Positions 49,897-59,948 of a stretch of DNA of 64,000 nucleotides are shown one piece after another (positions within the stretch are counted from its first letter, which is position 1; each line of letters starts with the position of its first letter). The stretch is from positions 1,632,001 through 1,696,000 of the forward strand of contig CBDDCX010000008.1 of NCBI GenBank assembly GCA_965226375.1. Direction: 5' to 3'. This DNA comes from Longimicrobiales bacterium. GTDB lineage: Bacteria; Gemmatimonadota; Gemmatimonadetes; Longimicrobiales; Gaopeijiaceae. The notes beneath the pieces are model-generated. The model was not told where the DNA came from. It did no database searches and saw nothing but the letters and a program-made list of their open reading frames with translations. The translations under genes were made by a program, and so were the position numbers.

Positions 49897-51603
49897 ATGT
49901 TCTCGATTTCCATGACACCAAGACTATTGAGGTGCGGCGCGTTCGTAGCCGCTTTGGCCGTTGTGACGGCGTGTGAGTCCGGCGATGAAGCCGACCTCGT
50001 GCTCAGGAACGGCAATATCGTGACGATGGACGATGCGAACCCCGAAGCTCAGGCGCTCGCGGCCAAGGACGGCCGCATTGTCGCGCTCGGGAGCGACTCG
50101 GACATCGAGCAATACATCGGGTCGGACACTGAAGTGATCGATCTCGACGGTATGACCGCCATCCCGGGGCTCATCGAAGGGCACGCGCACTTCATGGGGG
50201 TCGGGAATGCCAACCTACAGCTCAACCTCATGAATGTGGCCAACTGGGACGAGATCGTGGCTATGGTGGAGGAAGCAGTCGCCCAGGCCGAGCCCGGAGA
50301 GCTCATTCGCGGCCGTGGATGGCATCAGGAGAAGTGGGACGTGGTTCCCGAGCCGAACGTCGACGGTCTCCCCTTCCACGAGTCCCTGAGTGCCGTTTCG
50401 CCCGACAATCCGGTGATCCTCAGGCACGCGAGTGGCCACGCCACCTACGCCAACGCGAAGGCCATGGAGATGTCGGGCATCGACGCCAGCACGCGAGATC
50501 CGGCCGCTGGCGAGCTGGTCCGGGACGCGCAAGGCAACCCCATTGGGGCGTTCCGCGAGAGCGCCGCTCGCCTGCTCGGGCCCGCGCAGCAGGGATCCGC
50601 GCCCGCCGATCCCCGGCGAGTGGTGGAGCTGGCCCAGGACGAGGCCCTGGCCAAAGGACTCACCTCGTTTCAGGACGCCGGCTCAGGCTTTAGCACCATC
50701 GACGTCTTTCGTGAGATGGCCGAGGACGGGAGTCTCAAGATCCGTCTATGGGTGATGATACGGGCGTCTAACGCCGAGTTGGCTGAAAAACTGCCCGACT
50801 ACAAGATCATCGGTGCCGGCGACGACCGGCTCACGGTGCGCTCCATCAAGCGCAGCATCGACGGCGCGTTGGGCTCACACGGTGCCTGGCTCCTCGAGCC
50901 GTATGACGATCTTCCGGAGAGCAGTGGACTCCCCAACGACGTGGAGGGCATCTACGAGACCGCCCAACTCGCGATGGAACACGGTTTCCAGTTGGGTGTC
51001 CACGCCATCGGCGACCGGGGAAACCGCGTGGTGTTCGACATCTTCCAGGAACAGTTCGAGGAAAATCCCGACCAGGAAGACCTGCGGTGGCGCATCGAGC
51101 ATGCGCAACATCTGCACCCGGACGACATCCCGCGCTTTGGAGGTATGGGCGTGATCGCGTCGATGCAGGGGGTCCACGCCACATCGGATGGCCCCTGGCT
51201 CACCGAGCGGCTTGGCGAAGAACGTGCCGAGTGGGGTGCCTACGTGTGGCAGGACATCATGGCCGCCGGTGGTGTGATCTCCAACGGGACCGACGCCCCG
51301 GTCGAGGACGTGGATCCGTTGGCGAGCTTTTACGCTACGGTGTCGCGCAGGATGAACAACGGCGAGGTCTTCTATCCCGACCAGCGGATGAGCCGTCTCG
51401 AGGCCCTCAAGTCGTACACCATCAACGTGGCTTATGCGGGTCACGAGGAGGACATCAAGGGTTCGCTGGAGGTGGGCAAGCTCGCGGACGTCACCGTGCT
51501 CACCAAAGACATCATGACCATTCCCGAGAACGAGATCCCGTCTACCGAGATCGCCTACACGATCGTGGGTGGGGAGATCATGTACACCGGCGGGACCAAC
51601 TGA
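49897..51603 (+). CDS. Amidohydrolase 3 (YtcJ-like) lipoprotein
   Basis: VTAC lipobox; PGLIEGHAH, DGALGSHGA, HAIGDRGN, RIEHAQ, GTDAPVE. Confidence 0.9.
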   Translation: MFSISMTPRLLRCGAFVAALAVVTACESGDEADLVLRNGNIVTMDDANPEAQALAAKDGRIVALGSDSDIEQYIGSDTEVIDLDGMTAIPGLIEGHAHFMGVGNANLQLNLMNVANWDEIVAMVEEAVAQAEPGELIRGRGWHQEKWDVVPEPNVDGLPFHESLSAVSPDNPVILRHASGHATYANAKAMEMSGIDASTRDPAAGELVRDAQGNPIGAFRESAARLLGPAQQGSAPADPRRVVELAQDEALAKGLTSFQDAGSGFSTIDVFREMAEDGSLKIRLWVMIRASNAELAEKLPDYKIIGAGDDRLTVRSIKRSIDGALGSHGAWLLEPYDDLPESSGLPNDVEGIYETAQLAMEHGFQLGVHAIGDRGNRVVFDIFQEQFEENPDQEDLRWRIEHAQHLHPDDIPRFGGMGVIASMQGVHATSDGPWLTERLGEERAEWGAYVWQDIMAAGGVISNGTDAPVEDVDPLASFYATVSRRMNNGEVFYPDQRMSRLEALKSYTINVAYAGHEEDIKGSLEVGKLADVTVLTKDIMTIPENEIPSTEIAYTIVGGEIMYTGGTN

Positions 51604-51610
51604 TCGGAGG

Positions 51611-52303
51611 GTGTCGGACCAACCGCTTGATTTCGAGCTGGTCGCGTTCGACGTGGCCGGCACCACTCTGCAGGTGAGCGACGAGGTCCCCGAGGCCTTC
51701 CGATACGCGTTCTCCACCGTGGACCTGGACGTCAGCGACGTCCAGGTCCACGCCGTTCGGGGCACGTCCAAACGGCAAGCCATCAAGCACCTGGTCGCGA
51801 CGCTGATGCTGGGGCTCGAAGAGGGCGAGCTCGCGACCACCAGTGCCGCCGTCTTCGCGTCGTTCAAGGCTCGGCTTCTGGACAGCTACGGCACGGCCGA
51901 GGTGCGCCCCATCGCCGGAGCCGCAAAAACCTTCGAGTGGCTGCGAGACCGAGGGCTCGCCATCGCCCTGACCACGGGGTTCGACCGGGAGCTGACCGAG
52001 CTTCTCCTGGCACGCGTCGGGTGGACCGATACCTTGGACGCCGTAATCTGCGATGACGATGTGGAGCGCGGTCGACCGGCTCCCGATTTGATTCTCGAGG
52101 CCATGCACAGAACGATGACCAGGGAAGTGGCGCTCGTGGTGGCGGTCGGTGACACGACCGCAGACCTGCACGCGGCGCGGAACGCCGGAGTGGGTTGCGC
52201 CGTGGGAGTGTTCTCTGGAGCCCATACGGAAGCGATGCTTCGGCAGGCGCCACACGATGTGATCATCGCATCCATTGCCGACCTGCCCTCGGTGCTCTCT
52301 TGA
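51611..52303 (+). CDS. Phosphonatase-like (PhnX-like) HAD hydrolase
   Basis: FDVAGTT (DxAGT), G.SK, LTTGF, GRPAPDLI, VGDT..D; GTG start after GGAGG. Confidence 0.78.
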   Translation: MSDQPLDFELVAFDVAGTTLQVSDEVPEAFRYAFSTVDLDVSDVQVHAVRGTSKRQAIKHLVATLMLGLEEGELATTSAAVFASFKARLLDSYGTAEVRPIAGAAKTFEWLRDRGLAIALTTGFDRELTELLLARVGWTDTLDAVICDDDVERGRPAPDLILEAMHRTMTREVALVVAVGDTTADLHAARNAGVGCAVGVFSGAHTEAMLRQAPHDVIIASIADLPSVLS

Positions 52304-52322
52304 CGACACGACGCAGGTAGCC

Positions 52323-53687
52323 ATGACGGACCCTTCCCCAGCTGGCGCCGCCCAACCCGAGCTTCGCAGGTCGTTGGGCACCTTCGATGGCGTCGCCCTG
52401 CTGATCGGCATCGTCATCGGCTCCGGGATCTACACTACGCCTTCCCTGGTCTCGGCCCACTTCGACTCGTTCACCGCCGTCATGGCGGTATGGCTCGCCG
52501 TGGGCGTCTTCGTGATGATCAGCGGACTCATCTACGCGGAGTTGGGCACGCGACTGCCCTCGACGGGAGGCGAGTACGTCTACATCACACGCTGCTTCGG
52601 GCCCTTCGCCGGATTCATGTTCGGCTGGGCCCAGCTCTTCATCATCCGGACGAGTCCCGCCGCGGGACTCGCCATCATCGCCTCCGACTACGTGGGGGTG
52701 CTCACTGAGCTCAGCCCACGGGCACACACGGCCGTGGCCTTGGGCATCATCGCCGCTCTGGGCGTCTTCAACTACGTGGGCATGAAGTGGGCGAGCCTCT
52801 TCCAGAAGGTCACGACCGTCATCAAGGTGGGCTTCCTCGCGCTCTTCGCGGCGGTGGGAGTGGCTCTCATGAGCGGGGTGCCGAACCTGCTGGGAACGCG
52901 TCTGACGCCCACCACCGGCCTCAGTCCCACCGGCAACGTCATCGCGGCCCTGATGCTGATCATCTTCACGCATACGGGATGGGACCGGGTGGGGTACGTC
53001 GCCGGGGAGATGAAAGACCCCCGCAAGGTCATCCCACGGACCATGCTCATCGGAATCGGTATCGTGCTCGGTCTATACTGGTCCCTCAACACCGTCTATC
53101 ATTTCACGCTCGGCATGGAGGGGATGCGGACCACCGTCACTCCCGCAGCGGACATGGCGGCCGTCATGGTGGGCACAGCAGGAGCGACCGTCGTGGCGGT
53201 GATGGCCATCATCTCCGCCTCCGGAAGCATCAACGGGACCATGATGTCGGCGACGCGTGTCTACTTCGCCATGGCCCGCGACGGCCTCTTCTTCCGATGG
53301 CTCGATTACATACATCCGACCTTCAAAACGCCGTCCCGGGCCATCATCGCCCACTGTATATGGGCGTCGGTGATCCTGGTGGTTCGCGGCTCCTTCGAGT
53401 CGATCGCAGCAGGCATGGTCTTCGCCGTCCTCATCTTCTACACCATGACGACTCTGGCCCTGTTCAAGCTGCGTCGAGAGGATATCGGGAGCGAAGGCGC
53501 GTTCAAGATGCCCCTCTACCCGCTACTCCCGGCCCTGTACCTGATCGGGGTCGTGGGGCTCCTGGTGCTACGGGCCGTATTCGAGTGGGAGAAATCATTG
53601 ATCGACTTCGCCTTCGTAGCCACCGGCCTACCGATTAGTTTTATCTGGCTCCGGAAAAAGAGAGGGAATCATCCTTCAGAAGTTTGA
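52323..53687 (+). CDS. APC family amino acid permease
   Basis: IGSGIY, YAELG..LP..GGEY, GEMKDP, FAMARDG. Confidence 0.92.
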   Translation: MTDPSPAGAAQPELRRSLGTFDGVALLIGIVIGSGIYTTPSLVSAHFDSFTAVMAVWLAVGVFVMISGLIYAELGTRLPSTGGEYVYITRCFGPFAGFMFGWAQLFIIRTSPAAGLAIIASDYVGVLTELSPRAHTAVALGIIAALGVFNYVGMKWASLFQKVTTVIKVGFLALFAAVGVALMSGVPNLLGTRLTPTTGLSPTGNVIAALMLIIFTHTGWDRVGYVAGEMKDPRKVIPRTMLIGIGIVLGLYWSLNTVYHFTLGMEGMRTTVTPAADMAAVMVGTAGATVVAVMAIISASGSINGTMMSATRVYFAMARDGLFFRWLDYIHPTFKTPSRAIIAHCIWASVILVVRGSFESIAAGMVFAVLIFYTMTTLALFKLRREDIGSEGAFKMPLYPLLPALYLIGVVGLLVLRAVFEWEKSLIDFAFVATGLPISFIWLRKKRGNHPSEV

Positions 53688-54597
53688 TGAGCGGAACCGG
53701 GATCTCATCGTCAACATCAACGGTGAGCTCGTCCATCGCGATCAGGCCGGTATCAGCCCGTTCGACAGCGTCGTGCAGGGCGGTGACGGCGTATGGGAAG
53801 GTCTGCGGCTCTATGAGGGACGCATCTTTCGGCTGACCGAGCATCTGGATCGCCTGCGGGACTCCGCCAAGGCGCTGGCGTTCACCGAGATCCCGTCGCA
53901 CGACGACATCATCCACGAGATCCGCCGTACGCTCGAAGCCAACGATATGGTCGACGGGGTCCATGTCCGCCTGACGCTGACCCGCGGCGTGAAGGTCACC
54001 TCAGGGATGGACCCGCGCCTGAATCAGTCGGGCCCCACCCTCATCGTGCTCCCCGAATTCAAGGCGCCGGTCTACGACCGCCGCGGGCTGTCGTTCATCA
54101 CCAGTTCCGTCCGTCGCTTTCCGCCCGACTGCCTCGATCCGAAGATCCATCACAACAACTTGATCCAGTCGATTCTCGCCAAGATCGAAGCCAACCACGC
54201 CGGCGCCGACCAGGCCTTGATGCTCGATAAGAACGGTTTCATCGCCGAGGCCCACGGGACCCACGTGTTCTTCGTGAGGCGCGACCGCCTGTTCACGAGC
54301 ACGACCGAGGCCTGCCCCGAAGGGATCACCCGCCAGACGATCCTCGATCTCTGCACAGCCAACGGGATCGCCCACGAGGTTCGGGAAGTTTCACTTACCG
54401 AAGCGTACGCTGCAGACGAGATGTTTTGTACAGGAACCATGGGAGAGTTGGTCGCGGTTACGACCTTGGACGGGCGTACCATCGGGAGCGGGGAGACGGG
54501 CCCCATGACCGAGCGCCTCTCGGAGCTGTACTCCGAGGAAACCGCAACGAGCGGGTATCAGATTCTCACCCCACGACCCGAGGCTCATGGAGTCTGA
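53671..54597 (+). CDS. Class IV (fold-type IV) PLP aminotransferase
   Basis: ISPFDS.VQGGDGVWEGLR, DPKIHHNN, EGITR, DEMFCTGT; coding-like frame extends back to ATC 53671. Confidence 0.88.
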   Translation: MLQKFDERNRDLIVNINGELVHRDQAGISPFDSVVQGGDGVWEGLRLYEGRIFRLTEHLDRLRDSAKALAFTEIPSHDDIIHEIRRTLEANDMVDGVHVRLTLTRGVKVTSGMDPRLNQSGPTLIVLPEFKAPVYDRRGLSFITSSVRRFPPDCLDPKIHHNNLIQSILAKIEANHAGADQALMLDKNGFIAEAHGTHVFFVRRDRLFTSTTEACPEGITRQTILDLCTANGIAHEVREVSLTEAYAADEMFCTGTMGELVAVTTLDGRTIGSGETGPMTERLSELYSEETATSGYQILTPRPEAHGV

Positions 54598-54623
54598 TCT
54601 GTTCTGCGCCAACGAGCCTGACG

Positions 54624-55085
54624 GTGGAAGCGCCTGAGGCTCCACGGAGAGTCTACCCGCCTGTCTTCTTCCTGGCGGCACTCTTGGCGATGGCCGGGCT
54701 GCACCATTTCCTGCCCGAGCGTCGGTGGTTGACTCCCCCGACCACGTACGTCGGCGGACTCGGTGGCCTGGGTGGGATCATCCTCGCCGTCGTCTCGTCG
54801 CGTCTTTTCGACCGGCGGGGAACGACGATCAAGCCGTTCGAGGAATCGACATCTCTTGTAACGGACGGTCCCTTACGCTGGTCTCGGAACCCGATGTACC
54901 TGGGAATGGTCATCGTCCTGTTGGGGTGTGCGGCGCTTTTGGGCACACTCTGGCCCGTCCTCGTCATTCCTCTTTTCTTCTGGCTGATCACGAGCCGCTT
55001 CATCGTCCATGAAGAACGCATGATGGAGCAGGTCTTCGGCGACGAGTACCGAGCGTACCGGCGGCGAACGCGCCGCTGGATCTGA
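54624..55085 (+). CDS. Isoprenylcysteine carboxyl methyltransferase family membrane protein
   Basis: LVTDGP.RWSRNPMYLG, EE..M...FG.EY..Y...TRRWI. Confidence 0.88.
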   Translation: MEAPEAPRRVYPPVFFLAALLAMAGLHHFLPERRWLTPPTTYVGGLGGLGGIILAVVSSRLFDRRGTTIKPFEESTSLVTDGPLRWSRNPMYLGMVIVLLGCAALLGTLWPVLVIPLFFWLITSRFIVHEERMMEQVFGDEYRAYRRRTRRWI

Positions 55086-55089
55086 GACC

Positions 55090-55797
55090 ATGATCCGCAC
55101 CGCTCTTTGGATGATCGGCCTTCAGCTGACTGGACTCGGCGTCCTGGCTGGACAGGACGCTGTATCCGCCACGCTGTCTTTTAAGGCAGCCGAGCTGCGA
55201 ATCCGCTTCATCGGCAACGAGGGCTTCGAGCTCTCGGACGGTGAGACCACGATCCTCACCGACCTCCCGTATCGGCCCGGTGCCTTCGGCTATATGAGGT
55301 ACGACCCCGAGGCGTTGGATCCCCGGGGTCAGGTGACCTCTTTGATCACCCATCGGCATGCCGATCACTTCGACGAGGCTCTGTTCCTAGAGCGGGACTG
55401 GAGCATCATTGGTCCTGTCGAGGTCACAGACCGGCTTCCTGCCGATCGGGTCATCCCGCTGAGCGAGGCGATCGAGGTCGGGGCGTTTACGATCCGTGCG
55501 CATCGCACGGCCCACAGCGACGTGGAACACTACTCCTATCTCGTCACCTGGCATGGCCTGAGGCTCTACTTCGTCGGGGACACGGAGAACCCGTCTCATC
55601 TTCTCTCGGTCCCGAAGCTGACGGTGGCCTTCCTCACACCCTGGCTGGGCTGCACCGCGGGAGCGTTCGCCCGCGGGATCGATGCCGAGAGAATGGTCCT
55701 GTATCACCACCACGACGGTGAAGGGACACGCGGCTGTTTCGAAGCGGAGGTGATGGAACAGGGCGAGTCTTTCACCCTCTCAGCTCCCTCCTCCTGA
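55090..55797 (+). CDS. Exported metallo-beta-lactamase-fold hydrolase
   Basis: Signal peptide; ITHRHADH, FVGDT. Confidence 0.78.
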   Translation: MIRTALWMIGLQLTGLGVLAGQDAVSATLSFKAAELRIRFIGNEGFELSDGETTILTDLPYRPGAFGYMRYDPEALDPRGQVTSLITHRHADHFDEALFLERDWSIIGPVEVTDRLPADRVIPLSEAIEVGAFTIRAHRTAHSDVEHYSYLVTWHGLRLYFVGDTENPSHLLSVPKLTVAFLTPWLGCTAGAFARGIDAERMVLYHHHDGEGTRGCFEAEVMEQGESFTLSAPSS

Positions 55798-55867
55798 CCG
55801 GGTATCGTCCGCCTTCCGGCTGACGAATTTTTCAGAGCGCCCGCGATTTTGCCGGAGCGGCACGCCG

Positions 55868-56413
55868 CTAATCACGATACCCTCTCTGTTGGTCATACAG
55901 ATCAATCTGGTGATCCGTCATCACTGCGGCAGTCCTGAGGTGCGCAACCAGGTGGATGGCTCGCAGCTCTCCATAGAGCACCCCCAGCGTGGTCGTGCCC
56001 ATGTGGACGACCGCGTCATCCGGCTCACCCGCCCGAAACAGCTCGGTCAACTCGCGCTCGGCCACGATGATCTCCTCCCCCTTTGCGACGGCCAACTCGG
56101 ACACGGCATCACGGATCTCCGTGAGCCGATCCGCCTGGCCCGTTGACAGCCCGAGCTCTGCCGCCATCTCCAGCGCGTGCTTGGGACCGGGGTAGTGATT
56201 CAGCTCGGCGGCCCGAGCCAAGCCCATCCCCTCGCCCGCCTCCAGCTCCCGAAGCTCATCGGAACTGAGCGAGGAGATCTCCATCCGTTCGTGGCCAGTA
56301 TAGGGCGATTGGTGCTCGTGCTGAGCGGCCGTCCGCTGTGGCGAGGCGAGAGTTGCGAACACCAGGAGGGCCAGATTCAGGGTGAGCGCAGATGAATTTC
56401 CCGATCGATGCAT
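55868..56413 (-). CDS. Periplasmic Spy/CpxP/heavy-metal-sensor-like protein
   Basis: Signal peptide, QHEHQSPY, GMGLARAAELNHYPGPKH, MT..Q..LY. Confidence 0.7.
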   Translation of the reverse strand: MHRSGNSSALTLNLALLVFATLASPQRTAAQHEHQSPYTGHERMEISSLSSDELRELEAGEGMGLARAAELNHYPGPKHALEMAAELGLSTGQADRLTEIRDAVSELAVAKGEEIIVAERELTELFRAGEPDDAVVHMGTTTLGVLYGELRAIHLVAHLRTAAVMTDHQIDLYDQQRGYRD

Positions 56414-56475
56414 GGAGGACTCCTTGCGGCATTGGTGTCGTTCCCCGGAAGATGACGGATCTACGACTCTCCAGC

Positions 56476-56491
56476 TGTGACTTATGTCACA
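56476..56491. promoter_or_regulatory. CRP-type binding site
   Basis: TGTGA-CTTATG-TCACA perfect consensus between divergent genes. Confidence 0.75.
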
Positions 56492-56498
56492 GGACCAG

Positions 56499-57169
56499 AT
56501 GATCGCCGAATCGACCCTGGCACAGATCGAAATCTTCCGTGGCCTGAAGCGGGAGGCCCTGACGGAGCTGTGTCGACGGGCCGTGGTTCGGAGCCACCCC
56601 AAAGGCGCCGTGCTGTGGCGGGCGGGTGAGCCATCTAGGGGGCTGTATGTGCTGCTCAGCGGTCGAGTGCGGGTCCTCCAGACCCGCTCGGGGCGCCAGC
56701 ACGTGGTGCACACCGAAGGCCCGGGCGCCACCCTCGGAGAGGTCCCCCTCCTGGACGGGGCCGGTTACCCGGCCACGTGCATCGCCGTCACCGAAGGCGA
56801 ATGCCTCGTGGTTCAGGAGGACGCCATGCGTGCCGCTGTGCGAGGGGATCCCGATTTCGCGTGGCGACTGCTCGAGCGCCTGGGCGCACGAGTGCGGCAA
56901 CTCGTCGCTCGCCTTCACCGAAACACACGGGGACGGTACGGTCGAGACTGGCCTCGTCCCTTCTTGCAGAGGCCACGGATTACGAGGGTCTGATCCGGAT
57001 GGAAGGCACGCAGGAGGCGTGGGCCGAGGACCTGGGAACTGTCCGAGAGGTCTTGGCCCGTGAACTGGCCAAGATGAAGCAGGAAGGGGTCATCAGTTCC
57101 GAGCCTGGAGGGACATACCGGGTATTGGACGAGGAGGCCTTGGAGCAACTACTGAAGGAGAGCGAGTGA
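56499..57169 (+). CDS. Crp/Fnr family regulator (apparent frameshift near 56925)
   Basis: cNMP domain (LLSGRVRV, LGEVPLLDG..YPAT) in one frame; HTH TQE.WA..LGTVREVLAREL in another. Confidence 0.82.
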
Positions 57170-57259
57170 AGGCTTCGTTGCCCCGGCCTCACCCATTCAG
57201 CAAGATGACACCGTACGAACGACGCACCGACTGGAGTCATAGACCCCACGGAGGACCCC

Positions 57260-58951
57260 ATGGCCCGGAGCACGCTCCCCCCCGCCCTGTTCCTGTCGAT
57301 TCTGGCGAGCGGAGCGGTCACCCCGAGCGCCGCCCAGACGGCTGACCTCGTCTTCATCAACGGCAACGTAATCACCGTCGATGAACGCAATCCTCGCGCG
57401 GAAGCTGTCGCGATCGAAGGCGCCCGTATCCTCGCTGTAGGGTCCAACGCGGAGATCGAGGCGCTTCGTGTCGCCGACACGCGGGTCATCGATCTGGAGG
57501 GCAAGACCGTGGTCCCGGGCCTCGTGGACGGACACCTGCACTTCGCCGGACTCGGAGCCGACCGAGGCAACGCCCTGGACCTCGCCGATGCCGCGAGTGA
57601 AGCCGACGCGGCAGAACTGGTGCGGCGCCTAGCCCAGCGGATGGAGCCAGGGCAGTGGATTACCGGGAGCGGATGGCACACAGGCAACTGGCCCGGAGAG
57701 GCCTGGCCGACCAAGGCGACGCTCGACGAGGTGGCCCCGAACAACCCGGTCTTCCTAGGCGGCATGCACTCCCATGCGTCCTGGGCCAACTCGTTGGCTC
57801 TCGAGGCCGCCGAGCTCGACGCTGGCACACCGGATCCGTCAGGCGGCAAGCTCATGCGGGACGAGGCCACCGGGCAGCTCACCGGAGTGCTCATCGAAGA
57901 CGCGCAGCGCATCCTCCGGAGTATCGTTCCGGCGGGCGCCCGCGAGTCGCTCAAGGACCGCATTCGAAAGAGCATTCAACTCTCTCTCTCCTACGGGTTC
58001 ACCGGCGCGCACGACATGGGGACCAATCTCCCCACCGTGCAGGCGTACAAGGAGCTCATCAACGAGGGGGATTTCCCCTTCCGGCTGAACGCGATTCCCA
58101 GGGTGTTGAACACCGGTGAGATCCTCGACCAGATCCTCGCCGAAGGACCCCTGGTGGGGTACGGCGACCACAGGCTCACGGTCCGCGGCGTGAAGGTCTC
58201 CATCGACGGGGCTCTGGGGGCGAGGGGTGCGGCCCTCATGCAGCCCTACTCCGATGAGCCCGGCAACATCGGCGTGATCCGCGTGCCCTACGATCAGCTC
58301 TACTACATCGTGGAGAAGTCCCTGGCGGCGGGCTTCAACGTGGCAATCCACGCCATCGGAGATCGAGGAAACAAGCTAGCTCTAGACGCCGTGGAGCAGG
58401 CCCTGAGCGTACATCCCGTGGCCAACCACCGCATCCGCATCGAACACGCTCAGATCGTCCAGCTCGACGATCTGCCGCGCCTCGCCGAGCTCGAAATCCT
58501 CGCCTCGATGCAGTGGATGCATGCCACACTCGACATGCCGTGGGCCGAGACCCGCGTGGGTCCCGAACGGATCCGCGGAGGCTACGCATGGCGGACCCTC
58601 CTGAACATGGGCACGCGCCTGGTGGGTGGCTCCGATGAAGGGGCCCGCCGCTTCAGCCCATTCATGGGAATCCACGCGGCCGTCACACGCCAGGACGCCA
58701 GCGGTCTGCCGGACACCGGTTGGTATCCGGACCAGAAGCTGACTCGCTTCGAGGCGCTCAAGAGCTACACGATCGACGCGGCCTACGCTTCATTTGAGGA
58801 GGATGTGCTGGGCTCCCTCACCCCCGGGAAGTACGCGGACCTGGTCGTCCTGTCGAAGGATATCATGACGGTTCCCCCCTCCGAGATTCTGGAGACGGAG
58901 GCGCTGATTACGATGGTCGGCGGCGAGATCGTGTTCTCGAGGGTTCCTTAG
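57260..58951 (+). CDS. Exported amidohydrolase 3 (YtcJ-like)
   Basis: PGLVDGHLH, DGALGARGA, HAIGDRGN, RIEHAQ, GSD. Confidence 0.9.
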   Translation: MARSTLPPALFLSILASGAVTPSAAQTADLVFINGNVITVDERNPRAEAVAIEGARILAVGSNAEIEALRVADTRVIDLEGKTVVPGLVDGHLHFAGLGADRGNALDLADAASEADAAELVRRLAQRMEPGQWITGSGWHTGNWPGEAWPTKATLDEVAPNNPVFLGGMHSHASWANSLALEAAELDAGTPDPSGGKLMRDEATGQLTGVLIEDAQRILRSIVPAGARESLKDRIRKSIQLSLSYGFTGAHDMGTNLPTVQAYKELINEGDFPFRLNAIPRVLNTGEILDQILAEGPLVGYGDHRLTVRGVKVSIDGALGARGAALMQPYSDEPGNIGVIRVPYDQLYYIVEKSLAAGFNVAIHAIGDRGNKLALDAVEQALSVHPVANHRIRIEHAQIVQLDDLPRLAELEILASMQWMHATLDMPWAETRVGPERIRGGYAWRTLLNMGTRLVGGSDEGARRFSPFMGIHAAVTRQDASGLPDTGWYPDQKLTRFEALKSYTIDAAYASFEEDVLGSLTPGKYADLVVLSKDIMTVPPSEILETEALITMVGGEIVFSRVP

Positions 58952-58985
58952 GCGAACGCTGTGGTCGGCTGGTCCGGATCGGAGC

Positions 58986-59824
58986 TCAGGCCGGCCGCTC
59001 TCCCTTGATGGTGACGCGATATCCGGATCGGATCTGGGGCCAGTAGTCCCAGATCGCCAGGTGCTGCGTCCAGCGGTTGTCCCAGAATGCGATCGAGTTC
59101 GACTCCCAACGGAACCGGCACTGGAACTCACCGCGCTTTACGTGCCTGAAAAGGAAGTCGAGAATCGCGTCGCTCTCGGCAGTGGGCAGGCCGACGAGGC
59201 GTGTGGTGAAGATTTCGTTGACGAAGACGGCCTTTCTTCCAGTCAGGGGATGAGATCGCACCACCGGGTGCTCGGCGGAAGGGTACTCACGCCCACTATC
59301 GTCACGATCAAGCAGAGCGTTTACGCCCCGGTAGTATGGCCCGCCGTCGTGAATCGCGGTCAGACCCTGTAGAAGGGTCTTCATGGGTCCGGACAGAGCG
59401 TCATAGGCCGCATACATGCTGGCGAATAGTGTGTCTCCCCCCGAGTCGGGCACGGTGAACAGACGGAGGATCGAACCGAAGGGTGGCTCTTCCGTACAGG
59501 ATACGTCGGAGTGCCATCGCTCACCCGCCACCCGCTTGGACGACTCGTCTGCGTGGATGATCATGACCTCCGGATGTCCTCGAGTCCGGGGTCGTTGGGA
59601 TGTACGACTAGCTCACCGAACCACCTGCCCAGGGCCTTCTGCTGCTCCACCGAGATATCCTGGTCCCTGAAAAAGATCACCTGATGAGTCGTGAGTGCAT
59701 CCTGCACCTCGTGGACGGTGAGGTCGTCCAACGGCTTCGTGAGGTCGACTCCTGTTAGCTCAGCCCCGATGACCGGCGTCACCGGTCGAACCGAGATGCG
59801 CTCGTAGACGGTCTCCTGGCTCAT
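58986..59824 (-). CDS. TauD/TfdA family 2-oxoglutarate dioxygenase (apparent frameshift near 59578)
   Basis: IGAELTGVDL, VIFFRDQ in one frame; WHSDV, GGDTLF, WDNR.TQH, R in the next. Confidence 0.85.
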
Positions 59825-59948
59825 GAACCGGCCTCCTTAGCCGACCAACGTGGGACCCCTTCGTGGGTGAGGCGTTGAGTGATGCTGGGACTGGAGAGGG
59901 AGCGGGGCAAGGCATGCGTCGGTGGAACTCGTCGGGGTATGCACACAT

